64,000 nt of DNA from Nemertoderma westbladi. Taxonomy: Eukaryota; Animalia; Xenacoelomorpha. The stretch is taken from contig JAUCBJ010000091.1 of the NCBI GenBank assembly GCA_032718475.1, positions 6,095-70,094 on the forward strand, given 5' to 3'. The translations under genes and the position numbers were made by a program. The notes under the pieces are model-generated. The model was not told the DNA's origin, did no database searches, and saw nothing but the letters and a program-made list of their open reading frames with translations. Positions 10,189-23,500 of the stretch are shown here, piece by piece. Within the stretch, counting starts at the first letter, position 1, and every line of letters starts with the position of its first letter.

Positions 10189-13100
10189 ATGTCTGATACT
10201 AAGCAGAACCTGTCAGACAGTTTATTAGATGCAACTATCTGCGACTCAGATAAGGGTGTAGAACCGTCTACACCTAAGTTCAGTTCACCTCCCACTGTGA
10301 GGAAGGTCATCCCTCCAGTAGTAATAACAGAACCTAGGCTGGTCCAACATCGTAGGTCTATCATAGGCACTCGAGCTCAGGTCAAACGGGACCAAGAAGC
10401 AGCGGAACAGCAACAACCCACGAGCCAAGAACTTATTTCTCAGCGGCCCGACAGCTCCAGTAGTGAGGATCTTGTAGAGCTGACACCCGAGCGCGGAGCA
10501 AAGATGACGGATGCGGTTTATTCGGATCCCCTTCTCATCCTGCCTGCAGCCGTACTCACTAGGATATTGATCGCGGTGGAAGAACACCAGATCGATTGGG
10601 CGAGAAGTCAGCAATCAACTAAAGATAGTTATGCGGGATACACAAAGGAAGAACTGAAATCTATTGTCGAGTCGCAATGGAACTTCCCCGGACCCGGACT
10701 CCCGTTTGATTTATCAGAAGCTGCCTGGGAAGACATACACCGGATGGGAGTAGCCAAAGAAACCATCGATCCAGCTGTGTGGAAGAGGTCCGCAGCCGGA
10801 TACGCACAGGGATTCTTCAGCTCTATGGAGCGACTAAAATAACAACTGTTTCAACAACCACAAGGACCTCAAGAGCAGGGACAACTGCTTTATCAAGTTA
10901 GAGAAAGAATTCTGCGAATCAAGCTAATCTTATCGGCCTTTGAAGAGGCTTCTAAAAGAAGACAAGACACGTCGTTGCAAGTTGCCGTAAAGACTTGGTT
11001 TCAGCGGGTGAGTCTCCAGGTTCAAGGAACGGCTCAGTGGAAAGCTCAGCTAGAGGAGCGCTCAACCCATGGAGAATCAACAGACGCTACTTTTTCCCAA
11101 GTGGAAAGTGAAGCGACGGCAGAGAACCCGCATAAGAGGGATGCCATTGATATCTATCTGTCAGACTATCAACGTTTCTTAGGTGATGAAGAGTTGAGGA
11201 GAAGGTTGGATGGACTTAACCCTAATAGTGAAGGAGCACAGCGTGTGCTGGATGCCATCGACGTGGATAGGTTAGCGGCGAACCAAGCTAAATTCGATGA
11301 ACAACTCCGCATCGCTAGAGTCCAAGAAGAACAGGTGAAGAAAAAACGTATAGAAGACAGAAAGAAAGCAACAGTAGCAGCTGCGGAAGCGGAAAGGAAA
11401 GCAGCCGAAGAGGAAAGTAAAGCAGCCGAAATGGAAAGAAAAGCGGCAGTGGCAGCGGCAGCGGCAGCGGCAGAGGCAGAAGCGAAAAGAAAAGCAGCTG
11501 AAATGGAAAGAAAAGTGGCAATGGCAGCGGCAGAAGCAGAGCGGATAGCGGCTGAAGAGATCGCCCAATTAGAATTGGAAAATATTCAGGAGAATCAAGA
11601 CTGCATAAATAAACAGTTAACAGCTAGTAATATGCAGATGATAAATCGATCTACTCCCAAAAGACAGGGATATACATCATCTGAGGAAGGCGATACCACC
11701 GATACTGAAGGCAAAGGAAATAGATCTCACCTAAGCAGACGTAAAAGAACATCCCACCGTCAGAAATTGCCTGATTTGCCTCCAGCTGTTAGAAGGCAAC
11801 TAAATAACACCAACTTGGGTAGTACAGAACCCACAGACCAAATAATTACAATAGAAAGACTCCCTACTATAGTAGATGAGCCTGAAATAATTAGGCCTGT
11901 TCTCGAAGCCACCCTTTCAGTGGTAGAGACACCTGTACTCCCTGAACCTACCTCTAAATTCCCTTTGCACAGTACCAAGCTACCTGTGCCCAGCAGAACA
12001 GCCCATGAGACAGTTCATGCCCTGGACCCCGAGCGAAATATTCATGATTTGTCGCCCGTTGTCCCTCGTCCGCCCGCTACAACGTTGGCGAATCCCGCTT
12101 CGGCGGTCGAATGGGTGGATGAGAGACGACGGGGGATGGATCTCCTGCTCGGACAGATGCAGGAGACTGTTCAGCAATTCAAGGGCACAGTAAGGGAAAG
12201 TAGGTTAGAGTTGCAAGAAGTGCAGCAAAGTATCGCGCTAGAACGCGATAAATTAGTAAATACACAAAAGGGTATACCACCACCCCCTGTAACAATGTGT
12301 CAACCTGTTAGGTCTGAAGTATCTCATGCGCAAGGTGTGGACCCTACACGCATCTATACTGCTAGCGAAGTAGAAACTCCTATAGTGAACCCTATTAAGG
12401 GTAATTATAGACCTGTTGATAATGATATTCCCTATAGACCGGATCATAATCCGAGAAATTTATATACCGATAACTCGATATTAAATAACACGATGGCCCA
12501 AGAAAGTTTTACGCGTCAAATGGCTAGAACCGAAGCCCGGCAAGCGGTAAAGGTGGGAGAGATCGTCAAGTTCAATGGAGATGAGATGAAATGGTTACCT
12601 TTTAATGAATATTACAAAGATAACATACAGAACTCTGTACTATCTAATGGAGAGAAACTTAGATTCCTCATCGAGTGCTTGGAAGGATCTCCCAAGTTAA
12701 TGGCGTTAAAGTTTATTGGACATCCAGATGGATTAAGACAAGTTTGGGATACACTAAACATCAGGTATGGTAATAGGAATAACATAGCTGGGTATTTGTA
12801 TGCAAAGTTGGTAGCGCCCCGAAAGTTTATTAGCAGCGGGATTATAGAGTTTTCCGATGAGATTCAGGAGATCTGCAGACAATTAGATTGGCTAGGTAAG
12901 TCTCATGAGTATCAGAGTGCTATGGTTATTAGAGCAGTGGCTTCTACTTTACCGAAGGGTGGAGTAGGTACACGCTGGGATAAGAAAGTGTTATATATGA
13001 TGGAACAACAACGACGAGACCCTACCATGGCTGATCTCATGTCATTCCTAGATGGAGAAGTGAAATTACAGCTCCTAAAACTGTCCAGAGAGAAGACCCC

Positions 13101-16100
13101 GGAAAACAAGGTAAGTGAAAAACCCGTCTCTAGGAGAAAGGTAACACCGGTGTGTTATACAGACGACGGCGAAAACCAGACTTCTCAAGGAGAAGATAGC
13201 GGGAAAGACACTGACAGATCTTATTATGTCAATAAAATGCCTAAAGATCAGGTAAGTAAATTCAAGTCTCGAACTAATGACAGGAGAGAACAGGTAAGAA
13301 AAACTCCTCCTACGTCTCCCAAGAGAATTCAGGTGAGAAAGCCCGAAGAAAAAACAAGTGTGCACAATGTTACGCAAAATAAGGTAAGTAACATCAAACC
13401 GAAATGTGCGCTATGTGATGGGACCCATCGCTTGAATACGTGTGATGAATTCCTAAAGAAATCATTAACTGAGAGACGTGAAGTCATGTGGGATAAGCGG
13501 TTGTGTTATAATTGCCTCAGACAAGGACACCAACGGCGAACCTGTTACTCTGACACAAGATGTGCCAAGTGCGGTGCGAAACATCATGTCTTGTTGCACA
13601 CTGAATTCGGCGAAATAGTCCGAGTCAGGTAAGTGATTCCAAATTACATGTCCAATTCAGTGATGTGAATGACACTGATCAATCTGAGATGGAAGGATTC
13701 TATACGGACGAGTTCTCCGACGAAAACGAATCCTATTACATGATAAATACCACAGTGTATTGAGCACTCACGTATGAAAAGGATACGGACAGCGACCTTA
13801 CCCTAGCTACTTCTGATCAACAACCATTTTGGAAAGCGCCAACTTCCAATGTAGGGATTAGAGAATTTCCTGTGGTACAGGTAAGGGTCCACGGACCAAA
13901 AAGGAATTATGTAGTGAACGCCCTCCTTGACTCCGGTAGTACAGGAACATTCATCGACAAAGAGCTAGCCGAAGACATATTTGCTGGACAACCCAAGTTC
14001 CGAACTAAGCTAAACATGTCAGGAATTATGCAGGTTTGGAAATCTACAGTAACAGCGGATTATTATGTAGGTGCGTTGTCCACCCCCCAGGATGAACTAG
14101 GAGAACATAGCATAAGGTCAGTGAAAATGGTGGCTATAAAGAACTTCGCTACTACTCAAGCAGACCTTTATAATTGGGACGAGGATGAGAGCATCCAACA
14201 TCTTAAGATACCTCGATTCCAGACTGATTATCCTGGAGTGCAAATACTCATCGGCCAAAACGCGCATGAGGCGCTCGAGACACTGGAGAAACGGCCTGCT
14301 CAACCGCAGCCACTACAAACCTATGCGGTAAGAACTAGAGTAGGTTGGTACTTTACTGGCCCTTCCCGTAGAACTCTCATGGAAAGATTACCGAAAGATC
14401 AGGTATATCAAGTGCGAGAATGGGAAGTTGAGAACAGTGAGTTCGACGATCCAACTGAGGGAACTCCATACTCCTCAGACAACGACGATATACATCAACT
14501 TTTCGATGAGGAGAATGCCATCGATCTCCTTAAGGAAAGCGAGACTTGGCAAAATCAAGTGAACTTATGTCAACTCCTTCTCCCATCCGAGCGAGACGAC
14601 TATAACGACGAGCTTAATGACGTCATTGAACGTTATAATGCCAAGACTCGGGATGAACACGCCGTAAGATTCTTTACTCAAGAGGTTGTAGAGCCCAACT
14701 CCTACGATAAGGCCCTATCGGTGGAGGAAGAAAGAGCCAAGCAGATCCAAGCGACAACTACTCGTTTTCTTAAAGATCAAGGTAGATATGAGATCGGTCT
14801 TCCTTTCCGAAAGCGAGAACCAAAGTTCATTAACAACAGACCTTTGGCGGAGAAAAGAATTGCTCAACTACATCGACGCCTTACGGCAAATTCTTCAGCT
14901 AAAGAAATGTATCAAACGCAGTTGAAGAAGTTTATTAGTAAGGGATATGCGGAGCTAGTACCGGAAGAAACACCTATAACTGAGAGAACGTATTATTTAA
15001 CTCACCATTACGTTCCCAAACCCGGTAAACCCCATGAAGTACGAGTGGTGTTTGACGGTTCCGCCCTTTATATGGGCCAATCTCTTAATTCTGAATTGTT
15101 ACCCGGACCCAACTTACTAGAATCCTTGTTCGGAATACTATTAAGATTAAGACAATATTCCATTGCTTTCGCCTCAGATATAGAAGGCATGTTCTTACAA
15201 GTCAAAGCGCTGGATAGGGATCGAGATAGCCTACGATTTTTGTGGTGGCCTGAAGGAGACCTCAACAAGAAACCGGTGGAGTACTGGATGACCATCCAAG
15301 CCTTTGGGATAATCTCGAGCCCTTCAAACGCCTGTTCCGTGGTGCGCACCACTGCGGATGACAACCGAGACGCCTTCTCTAAAGAGGTGATCGACAATAT
15401 CAAACGAAACATCTACATGGACGATAATCTGAAGTCCCTTCCATCAGTCGAAGAAGCCACTGCGGTCGCTGAAGGAACGGTAGAATGCTTAAAGAAAGGT
15501 GGATTTCGATTAACTAAATTCACTAGCAACTCCCGTGAGTTTCTGGAGTCGATCCCGGTAGAAGATCGAGGAGCAAAAGACCTAGATCTAATAAAGGATG
15601 ATCTCCCAGAAACTAAGACCCTTGGTTTGAAATGGGACACAGAAAGAGATATCCTGTTTTTCCAATTAAAACAGCGAGATAATCCAGTTCGGACTAAACG
15701 GATTTGTTTAAGTATCCTGAGCACTTATTTCGATCCATTGGGATTTATTAGCCCAGTTATATTGATTGCTCGGAGTTTAGTACAACAAATGTGGCTTGAA
15801 AACCACTCATGGGACGATCCACTTAAGGGAGAATTATTAAAGAAGTGGATGAAATGGGAAGATTCTCTACCAGCCATCGAAAACTTTATAATTTCCCGTT
15901 CATATTTTGGTCATGTTCTCCCTACGTATTCATATCAACTCCATGTGTTTGGAGACGCCAGCGATATGGGAATAGGTATAGTAGCCTACCTAAGGGTGGA
16001 AACTCCGGACGGAATCAAAGTCGCCTTGATTACCTCTAAGGCATTGATAAACAACAAGTTGAAGGTTCCTCGAGCGGAGTTAAAAGCGGCTCTATACGCT

Positions 16101-17111
16101 ACAGCCATCGGCCGGAATGTAACAGAACAGATCGACTATCCCCTGGAGAAAACTGTCTATTGGACCGACGCTTTACTCGTGTTGGAGTATATAACCAATG
16201 AAGTCTGTCAGTTCAGCGTCTTCGTTACCAACAGAGTAGCTATTATACTCAGTCGCACGACGATGGATCAATGGAGACATTGCCCCGGAACGATTAATCC
16301 AGCGGACATCGCTTCCAGGGGAGCAACTCCACAAGAACTGGTAGATACTCCAGACTGGTTAGGTGGACCCGACTTCCTCTACAAAGAAGAAGAAGAATGG
16401 CCTCCTCATCTTACTACAGCAGAAATTAGACAGGCCAAGGGAGCGGAGAAAGTCAAGCCTAAAACTCAGGCGAGTAAATCGAAGTTATTCAAACCCACAG
16501 TAGATCTGTCTGTCCTACATACTTCCGGAGACGACGCTTTGGATCAGAAACCCACAGCCACAAATAAACCCGTTGTGGAAATCCGTGATAAGGATTGGAA
16601 ATCTGGCATACCAGACGTCTCGCAAGGACTCTCACCTCTTCTGCAGAGAGCGATACATCACTACAGTTCCTGGAATCGGCTCTGTAAGGCCGTTACATAT
16701 TTAAAGAGATGTTTTCACCATCACTACTCTGGGATGAAAACAAAGGGTGATACCGCTCCAATCACATCAGTGCAGGTCCATGTTATTAAAGATCTTCCCA
16801 AACATAAGATACCCGACAGGTTTCTGAAGGAGAAGATCAGTTATCAGGAGCATGAAGAAACCAACAAACAGATGCTGAGACTCTTACAATGCTATGAAGA
16901 TTCCGATAAGTATTTCCTGTTGTTGAGAAATCCACAGATGCGCTTAAGGGATCGTTTCTCTAGCACAAGGATAGATGGGTTGATACGTGTTGGAGGAAGG
17001 TTAACGAATGCCCCATTATCCTTTGATACTAAGTTCCCCATACTCATTAGAAATCTTGAAATACAAGTCAAGATGATTGTAGATGTTCACAGCAAACTTT
17101 ATCATGCTGGT
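10189..17111 (+). pseudogene. Outer element gag-pol, 5' part (Gag, aspartic protease, RT, RNase H, start of integrase), disrupted
   Basis: Pao Gag FNGDEMKWLPF..KLRFLIECLEG; three knuckles CALCDGTHRLNTC, CYNCLRQGHQRRTC, CAKCGAKHHVLLH; protease ALLDSGS; RT VRVVFDGS, SLNSELLPGPNL, SDIEGMFLQV, YMDD; RNase H LHVFGDAS, PRAELKAA, WTDA, NPADIASRG. Relative to the inner copy it has TAA at 10840, a 1-bp deletion near 13609 and CGA>TGA at 13761. Confidence 0.93.
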
Positions 17112-18378
17112 TGTAAAAGCCTTTGCTGAATTGCCCCGTTATTTTTATTATCTTTTACATTAAAATACTCTGTAGTTGATTTAATAAGTGTAAGAGACCG
17201 TATTATTGCTGTATCGGTGTTTTTAGAGGATCTAAGACCTATTTCCTCCGTATGTGTACTGTGAAAGGCATATTTTATGATTCTATGGCAATTCGTGATG
17301 CAAAAGGGTGATAGCTACTCTTGAACAGTAGTTACTATGACTACGGTTAACAGCTGACATTCATACGTGTTGATTTCCTTTGTTCTACGGCGTCTCTCAG
17401 TTCAGTCAGCCAATGAGAGCGTTTTTGTGGCTCCTTGTACAGAAAATTTCCGAGAAATGACGCAATGCCTATGTGCAGTGTTTACATTCAGTCTTGAGCC
17501 AAATAAAGAACGGCTTGGAAGTATTTTTTGTGCTGTACTGCTTTTTAGTCGTACACTAGTAGGTTTAATTATAAAGGGCATATATCCTTTAACTGTAAAT
17601 ATCTCACTGCTGCAATTTAACATACCTAACGAATACTGCTGACTGATGATCATACATGCTGACTGCTGAAACATTGCAAACTCATAACAATCAGTGTTCA
17701 GTAGTTATTTTATACTGCTATTTACCGTCAGTTCTTCATAATATGGTTGATGAATTATTATATTTGGAATAACGATAAACAACCCCGAAACCCAATGTTC
17801 TTGATATACCGAAGGTAAGAGAGAAGGGTTACAGATAAACGATTGTGACTTATGTTAAAGTGGTTTGAAGTGAATCTAATGTTATTTGATAGACCCTACA
17901 TGAGTCAGCCTGTGTTCCTTTTATATGTGACTAAAATCAGTGAAGACTGGCAGATTAGTGTGCAGTATTGTGCAGCATTGTGTATGAGTGAGTCTGTTAA
18001 AGAAGCATTCCTAAAGAATGCGCCATATATGTGAATTATAATTAAGCCATATCGTTGTGAGTAGTTTAAGTCATAACTCTGTTTATATAGATAAAGCGCC
18101 ATGTCCTAAAGGAACTGTTAATATTACCGAAGGTGAATAATATTGTCAGAGATTATATAGTACTGTCAGTCGAATAATACATTAGGCTTACATAGCAATA
18201 AAAATTAAACCGTCGAACCCAATCTCCCGGGAATATCCAGCGGGTGAATGGTCGCGCACGGATTGGTTTCGACTAGTGTAGTGAATCAAATACTTGTCAT
18301 AGACTAAAAGCAGATTTAATATCTAGAAGACATCTTAATTTGGTGGGTTAAACTGCCAAAGGTCTGAAAGCGCGAACA
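17112..18378 (+). repeat. 5' LTR of inner element (1267 bp)
   Basis: TGTAAAAGCC...GCGCGAACA. Homologous to, but clearly diverged from, the outer LTR. Confidence 0.93.
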
Positions 18379-18390
18379 TTAAAGGATATA
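18379..18390 (+). promoter_or_regulatory. Non-tRNA primer-binding site TTAAAGGATATA, complementary to LTR 17581-17592
   Basis: Abuts the LTR terminal CA. Exact reverse complement of TATATCCTTTAA at 17581-17592 (and 28777-28788). Confidence 0.75.
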
Positions 18391-18645
18391 GCTTCTTTAT
18401 TGCAGTAAGCAATAAAGTCGAAAGTACCGGTCGACCGGTAACCAGTAGGCCTGACTGCCTGATCATCCGGACCGGTACCTACAGCAGTATTATTCGATTT
18501 TGATTGTTATATACCAGTAGGCCTTAATAATTAATCAGGGACGGCCGCCCTGATTTTTTATTGAGATTTTACTTATTTCTGTCAAGATTTATTTGTTTGT
18601 AGGCCAGTATTGAACAGAAGGCGTGTAAACCTGATCAGATTGTAC

Positions 18646-19220
18646 AGACAATTTGTAGGCTGAGCTGTTGTCTGATTGCTGTTAAGTCCGAACGAATTGC
18701 AGTGTGTGTAGAGCACTTGTCCGATTAAGTACGGTTAGGAAGTAGGGGCAGCCACGCTGTAAGGTAAACCCCCGACTAAAGAATAAGTCGCACTACTGGG
18801 TTAGAGCGCATACTCCCTAATCATTTCGGAGTCTGCATATACCGTAGTTTATTTAGGCTTGAGAGTAGTCTGCCATCGTTTAGTCTGTACTTTGTTTGTG
18901 TAAGTCTGTACGGGTAGCGTATAATTTTATTTAAATAATTTGTAGGCTGGATAGTTGTCTGGCTGTTATTAAGTCTGAACGGATTGCCGCGTGTGTAGAT
19001 CATCTGTCCGATTAAGTACGATTAGGCAGTAGGGGCAGCAACGCTGTAAGGTAAACCCCCAACTAAAGAATAAGTCGCACTACTGGGTTAGAGCGCATAC
19101 TCCCTAATCATTTCGGAGTCTGCATATACCGTAGTTTGTTTAGGCTTGATAGTAGTCTGTCAGTGTTCGGTCTGTATTTTGTTTGAGTAGTTTGTACGCG
19201 TAGCGTAATATTTATTATTC
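18646..19220 (+). repeat. Two tandem copies of an approx. 287-bp leader unit in the inner element
   Basis: Units start at 18646 and 18933; homologous to 8273-8850. Confidence 0.88.
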
Positions 19221-20533
19221 AGAGTTTATGCGATTATTCGCAACATTCAAGTCCCTAAGTTTGTTCCTACAGTAATTGTGTTTGTTATACATACCGTTAT
19301 AGTTAAATTAACCCCGGTACTACACGGGCTGCTCGGCGTAGGTAAAGACTGGTGATTTTGTGCATCGGTCACTCCAGCAGATGCCGTGGTTCTTTTAGCT
19401 GTTCAAGTATATTTAATTACTGATTATCTGTTATACAAGTACTCGTACCTAATTTAGGGTTTAGTGTATGGTACTTTCCGAAGTAATCATTGTAGGCATT
19501 ATATTTGTGTTGTAAAGTGGTTGATAGGCACATTCGATTAGCTCTATTAACTTCTAGGTAGGAACACTCCGTGATACATAACGTAGAACCTATAGCGATA
19601 CGGCTATAGGTCGTCAGGAGGTGGTATTTTCCTATCTAGACAACGCAGTGTATTTACTACTACTTATTATTTCAAATACCGTAGTACCCTGTCCGCTGTA
19701 ATAACCGGTTTTCTAACCCTTTGTTAGGCTGGTTTGTAGACTTCTTGTAAAATTACCCTAAAAATTCGTATTTGTGTTTTTGTAAGATTTTGTGTTTATT
19801 TAGAGATTGTAATCTCAACCCAAATTGTACGTAATTTGTAGTATTAAGTAACTTAGGTAAATTAGTATTATTTGTTTTAGTGTCCTGTACGTAACACTTC
19901 ACTGAAAGCGCACCGCTTTGTGTAGTGATTACCCCCAGAAATAATAACATTTATTTCAAACATTGACAAAACCCATTAAAACGGGTATATATATATTATA
20001 AATCAAATCTAACGATTTATAAATCGTAGGCCTACCATACAACCATTAGGCCTCAATATCAGTTGGATTACTGCTCAAATAACGGTAATAAAGTAAGTAA
20101 AGTAACCAAGTAACCCTAAAGTAACAGAAATTCAATTATTTGAAATAATTGATATACCGGTATTTACGATAGGCCTATTATCTTTATTTCTATAAATCTA
20201 GGCTGAAATTATACCGGTACTTGTAATTAATTCTATTTCAGAATTATATATCCTACAAACTGTAAGCTGTATACCGGTATTCAGATAGGCCTATTATATA
20301 TTTATATATATTTGTGCTAAAATTATACCGGTATTCTGTGATAAACCTAGTCTGTAATAATACTTATATAGTTATATATACTATAAGTATACCGGTATTC
20401 TAATATATTATATATATCACGCTATACTGAGTAGCAGTACCGGTAATTAATTACTAGACTAGCAGGTAATACTGAGTTACTAGACTTACTCAGACTGTAA
20501 TACAGCAGTAGACATTCAACGGTATACATAGTC

Positions 20534-23500
20534 ATGTCTGATACTAAGCAGAACCTGTCAGACAGTTTATTAGATGTAACTATCTGCGACTCAGATAGAG
20601 ACGTACAAACGTCTGGTCGTAAATCCAGTTCACCTCCCACTGTGAGGAAGGTCATCCCTCCAGTAGTAATAACAGAACCTAGGCTAGTCCAACATCGTAG
20701 GTCTATCATAGGCACTCGAGCTCAGGTCAAGCGGGACCAAAAGGCAGCGGAACAGCAACAACCCGCTAGTCAAGAACTTATTCCTCAGCGGCCCAGCAGC
20801 TCCAGTAGTGATGATACTGTAGAGCTGACACCCGAGAGCGGAGCAGAGATGACGGATGCGGTTTATACGGATCCCCTTCTCATCCTTCCTGCAGCCGTGC
20901 TTGCCGGGTTATTGATCGCGGTGGAAGAACACCAGATCGATTGGGCGAGGAGTCAACGGACAACTAGAGATAGCTACGCGGGCTACACTAGTGAAGAACT
21001 GAAGTCTATTGTCGAGTCGCAATGGAACTTCCCCGGACCCGGACTCCCGTTTGATTTATCCGAAGCGGCCTGGGAAGACATACACCGGATGGGAGTAGCC
21101 CAGGAAACCATCGATCCAGCTGTGTGGAAGAGGTCCGCAGCCGGATACGCACAGGGATTCTTCAGCTCTATGGAGCGAATAGAAAAGCAACTTTTTCAAC
21201 AACCTCAAGGACCTCAAGAGCAGGGATCGCTGCTTTATCAAGTTAGAGAAAGAGTTCTGCGGATTAGGCTAATCTTATCCGCCTTTGAGGAGGCTTCTAA
21301 ACGAAAGCAAGACACGTCGTTGCAAGTTGCCATAAAGACTTGGTTTCAAAGGGTGAGTCACCAGGTTCAAGGAGCAGCTCAGTGGAAAGCTCAATTGGAG
21401 GAGCGCTCAACCCATGGAGAATCAACGGACGCTATTTCTTCCCAAGTGGAAAGTGAAGCGACGGCAGAGAAACCGCATAAGAAGGATGCCATTGATATCT
21501 ATCTGTCAGACTATCAGCGTTTTGTGGGAGATGAAGAGTTGAGGAGAAGGCTAGAGGGACTTAGCCCTAATAGCGAAGGAGCCAAACTTGTGTTAGATGC
21601 GATTGATGTGGATAGGTTAGCGGCGAACCAAGCTAAATTCGATGAACAACTCCGCATCGCTAGAGAAAGGGAAGAACAAGTAAGGAAAAAGCGTATAGAA
21701 GACAGAAAGATAGCAGCAGTGGCAGAGGCAGAAAGAAAAGCGGCAGCGGCAGAGGCAAAAGCGGCAGCGGCAGCGGCAAAAGCGGCAGCAGTGGCGGAAG
21801 CAGAACGAACAGTGGCGGAAGCAGAACGAAAAGCGGCAGCGGAAGAGGCAAAAGCGGCAGCAGCAGAGGCAAAAGCGGCAGCAGTGGCGGAAGTAGAACG
21901 AAAAGCGGCTGAAGAGATCATCCAACTGGAGTTGGAAAATCTTCAAGAGAAACAAGACGACTTCAGTAAACAGTTAGCAGCTAGTAATATGCAGATGATG
22001 AGTCGATCTACTCCCAAAAGACAAGGGTATACCTCATCTGAGGAAGGCGATACCACCGACACTGAAGGCGGAAGAAATCGATCTCGCCTAAGCAGACGTA
22101 AAAGAACATTCCACCGGCAGAAATTGCCTGATTTGCCTCCAGCTGTTAGAAGGCAACTAAATAACACTAACTTAGGTAGTACAGAGCCCACAGACCAAAT
22201 AATTAAAATAGAAAGACTCCCTACTATAGTAGATGAGCCTGAAATAATTAGGCCTGTTCTTGAAATCACCCCTTCGGTGATAGACACACCTGTGCTCCCT
22301 GAAGCTACTTCTAAATTCCCTCTACATAGCACTAAGCTACCTGTGCCCAGTAGAACTGCCCAGGCGACAGTTCAGGTCCTGGACCCCGAGCGAAATATTC
22401 ATAATTTGTCGCCCGTTGTCCCTCGTCCGCCCGCTACAACGTTGGCGACTCCCGCTTCGGCGGTCGAATGGGTGGACGAGGGACGGCGGGGGATGGATAT
22501 CCTGCTCGGACAGTTGCAGGAGACTGTCCAGCAATTCAAGGGCACAGTAAGGGAAAGTAGACTAGAGTTGCAAGAAGTGCAGCAAAGTATCGCGCTAGAA
22601 CGCGATAAATTAGTAAATACCCAAAAGGGTATACCACCACCCTCTGTAACAATGTGTCAACCTGTTAGGTCTGAAGTATTGCATGCGCAAGGTGTGGAGC
22701 CTACACGCATATATACTGCTAGCGAAGTAGAAACTCCTATAGTGAACCCTATTAAGGGTAATTATAGACCTGTTGATAATGACATTCCCTATAGACCTGA
22801 TCATAATCCGAGAAATTTATATACCGATGACTCGATATTAAATAACACGATGGCCCAAGAAAGTTTTACGCGTCAAATGGCTAGAACCGAAGCCCGGCAA
22901 GCGGTGAAGGTGGGAGAGATAGTCAAATTCAATGGAGATGAGATGAAATGGTTACCTTTTAATGAATATTACAAAGATAACATACAGAACTCTGTACTAT
23001 CTAATGGAGAAAAACTTAGATACCTCATCGAGTGCTTGGAAGGATCTCCCAAGTTAATGGCGTTAAAGTTTATTGGACATCCAGACGGATTAAGACAAGT
23101 TTGGGACACGCTAAACATCAGGTATGGTAATAGGACTAACATAGCTAGGTATTTATATGCGAAATTAATGGCGCCCCGAAAGTTTCTTAGCAGCGGGATT
23201 ATAGAGTTTTCCGATGAGATTCAGGAGATCTGTAGACAACTAGATTGGTTAGGTAAGTCTCATGAATACCAGAATTCTATGGTTGTAGGAGCCTTAGCAT
23301 CTACTTTGCCCAAGGGTGGAGTAGGTACACGCTGGGACAAGAAGGTGTTATATATGATGGAACAACAACGACGAGACCCTACCATAGCTGATCTCATGTC
23401 ATTCTTAGATGGAGAAGTGAAATTACAGCTCCTAAGGCAGTCCAGAGAGAAGACACTGGAAAACAAGGTAAGTGAGAAACCCGTTTCTAGGAGAAGGGTA

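Noticed and set aside
10840-13763. Programmed readthrough or frameshift between gag segments and pol
   Set aside because: The inner copy is open at all three positions and Bel/Pao elements normally have one ORF, so these are best read as mutations or sequencing errors.
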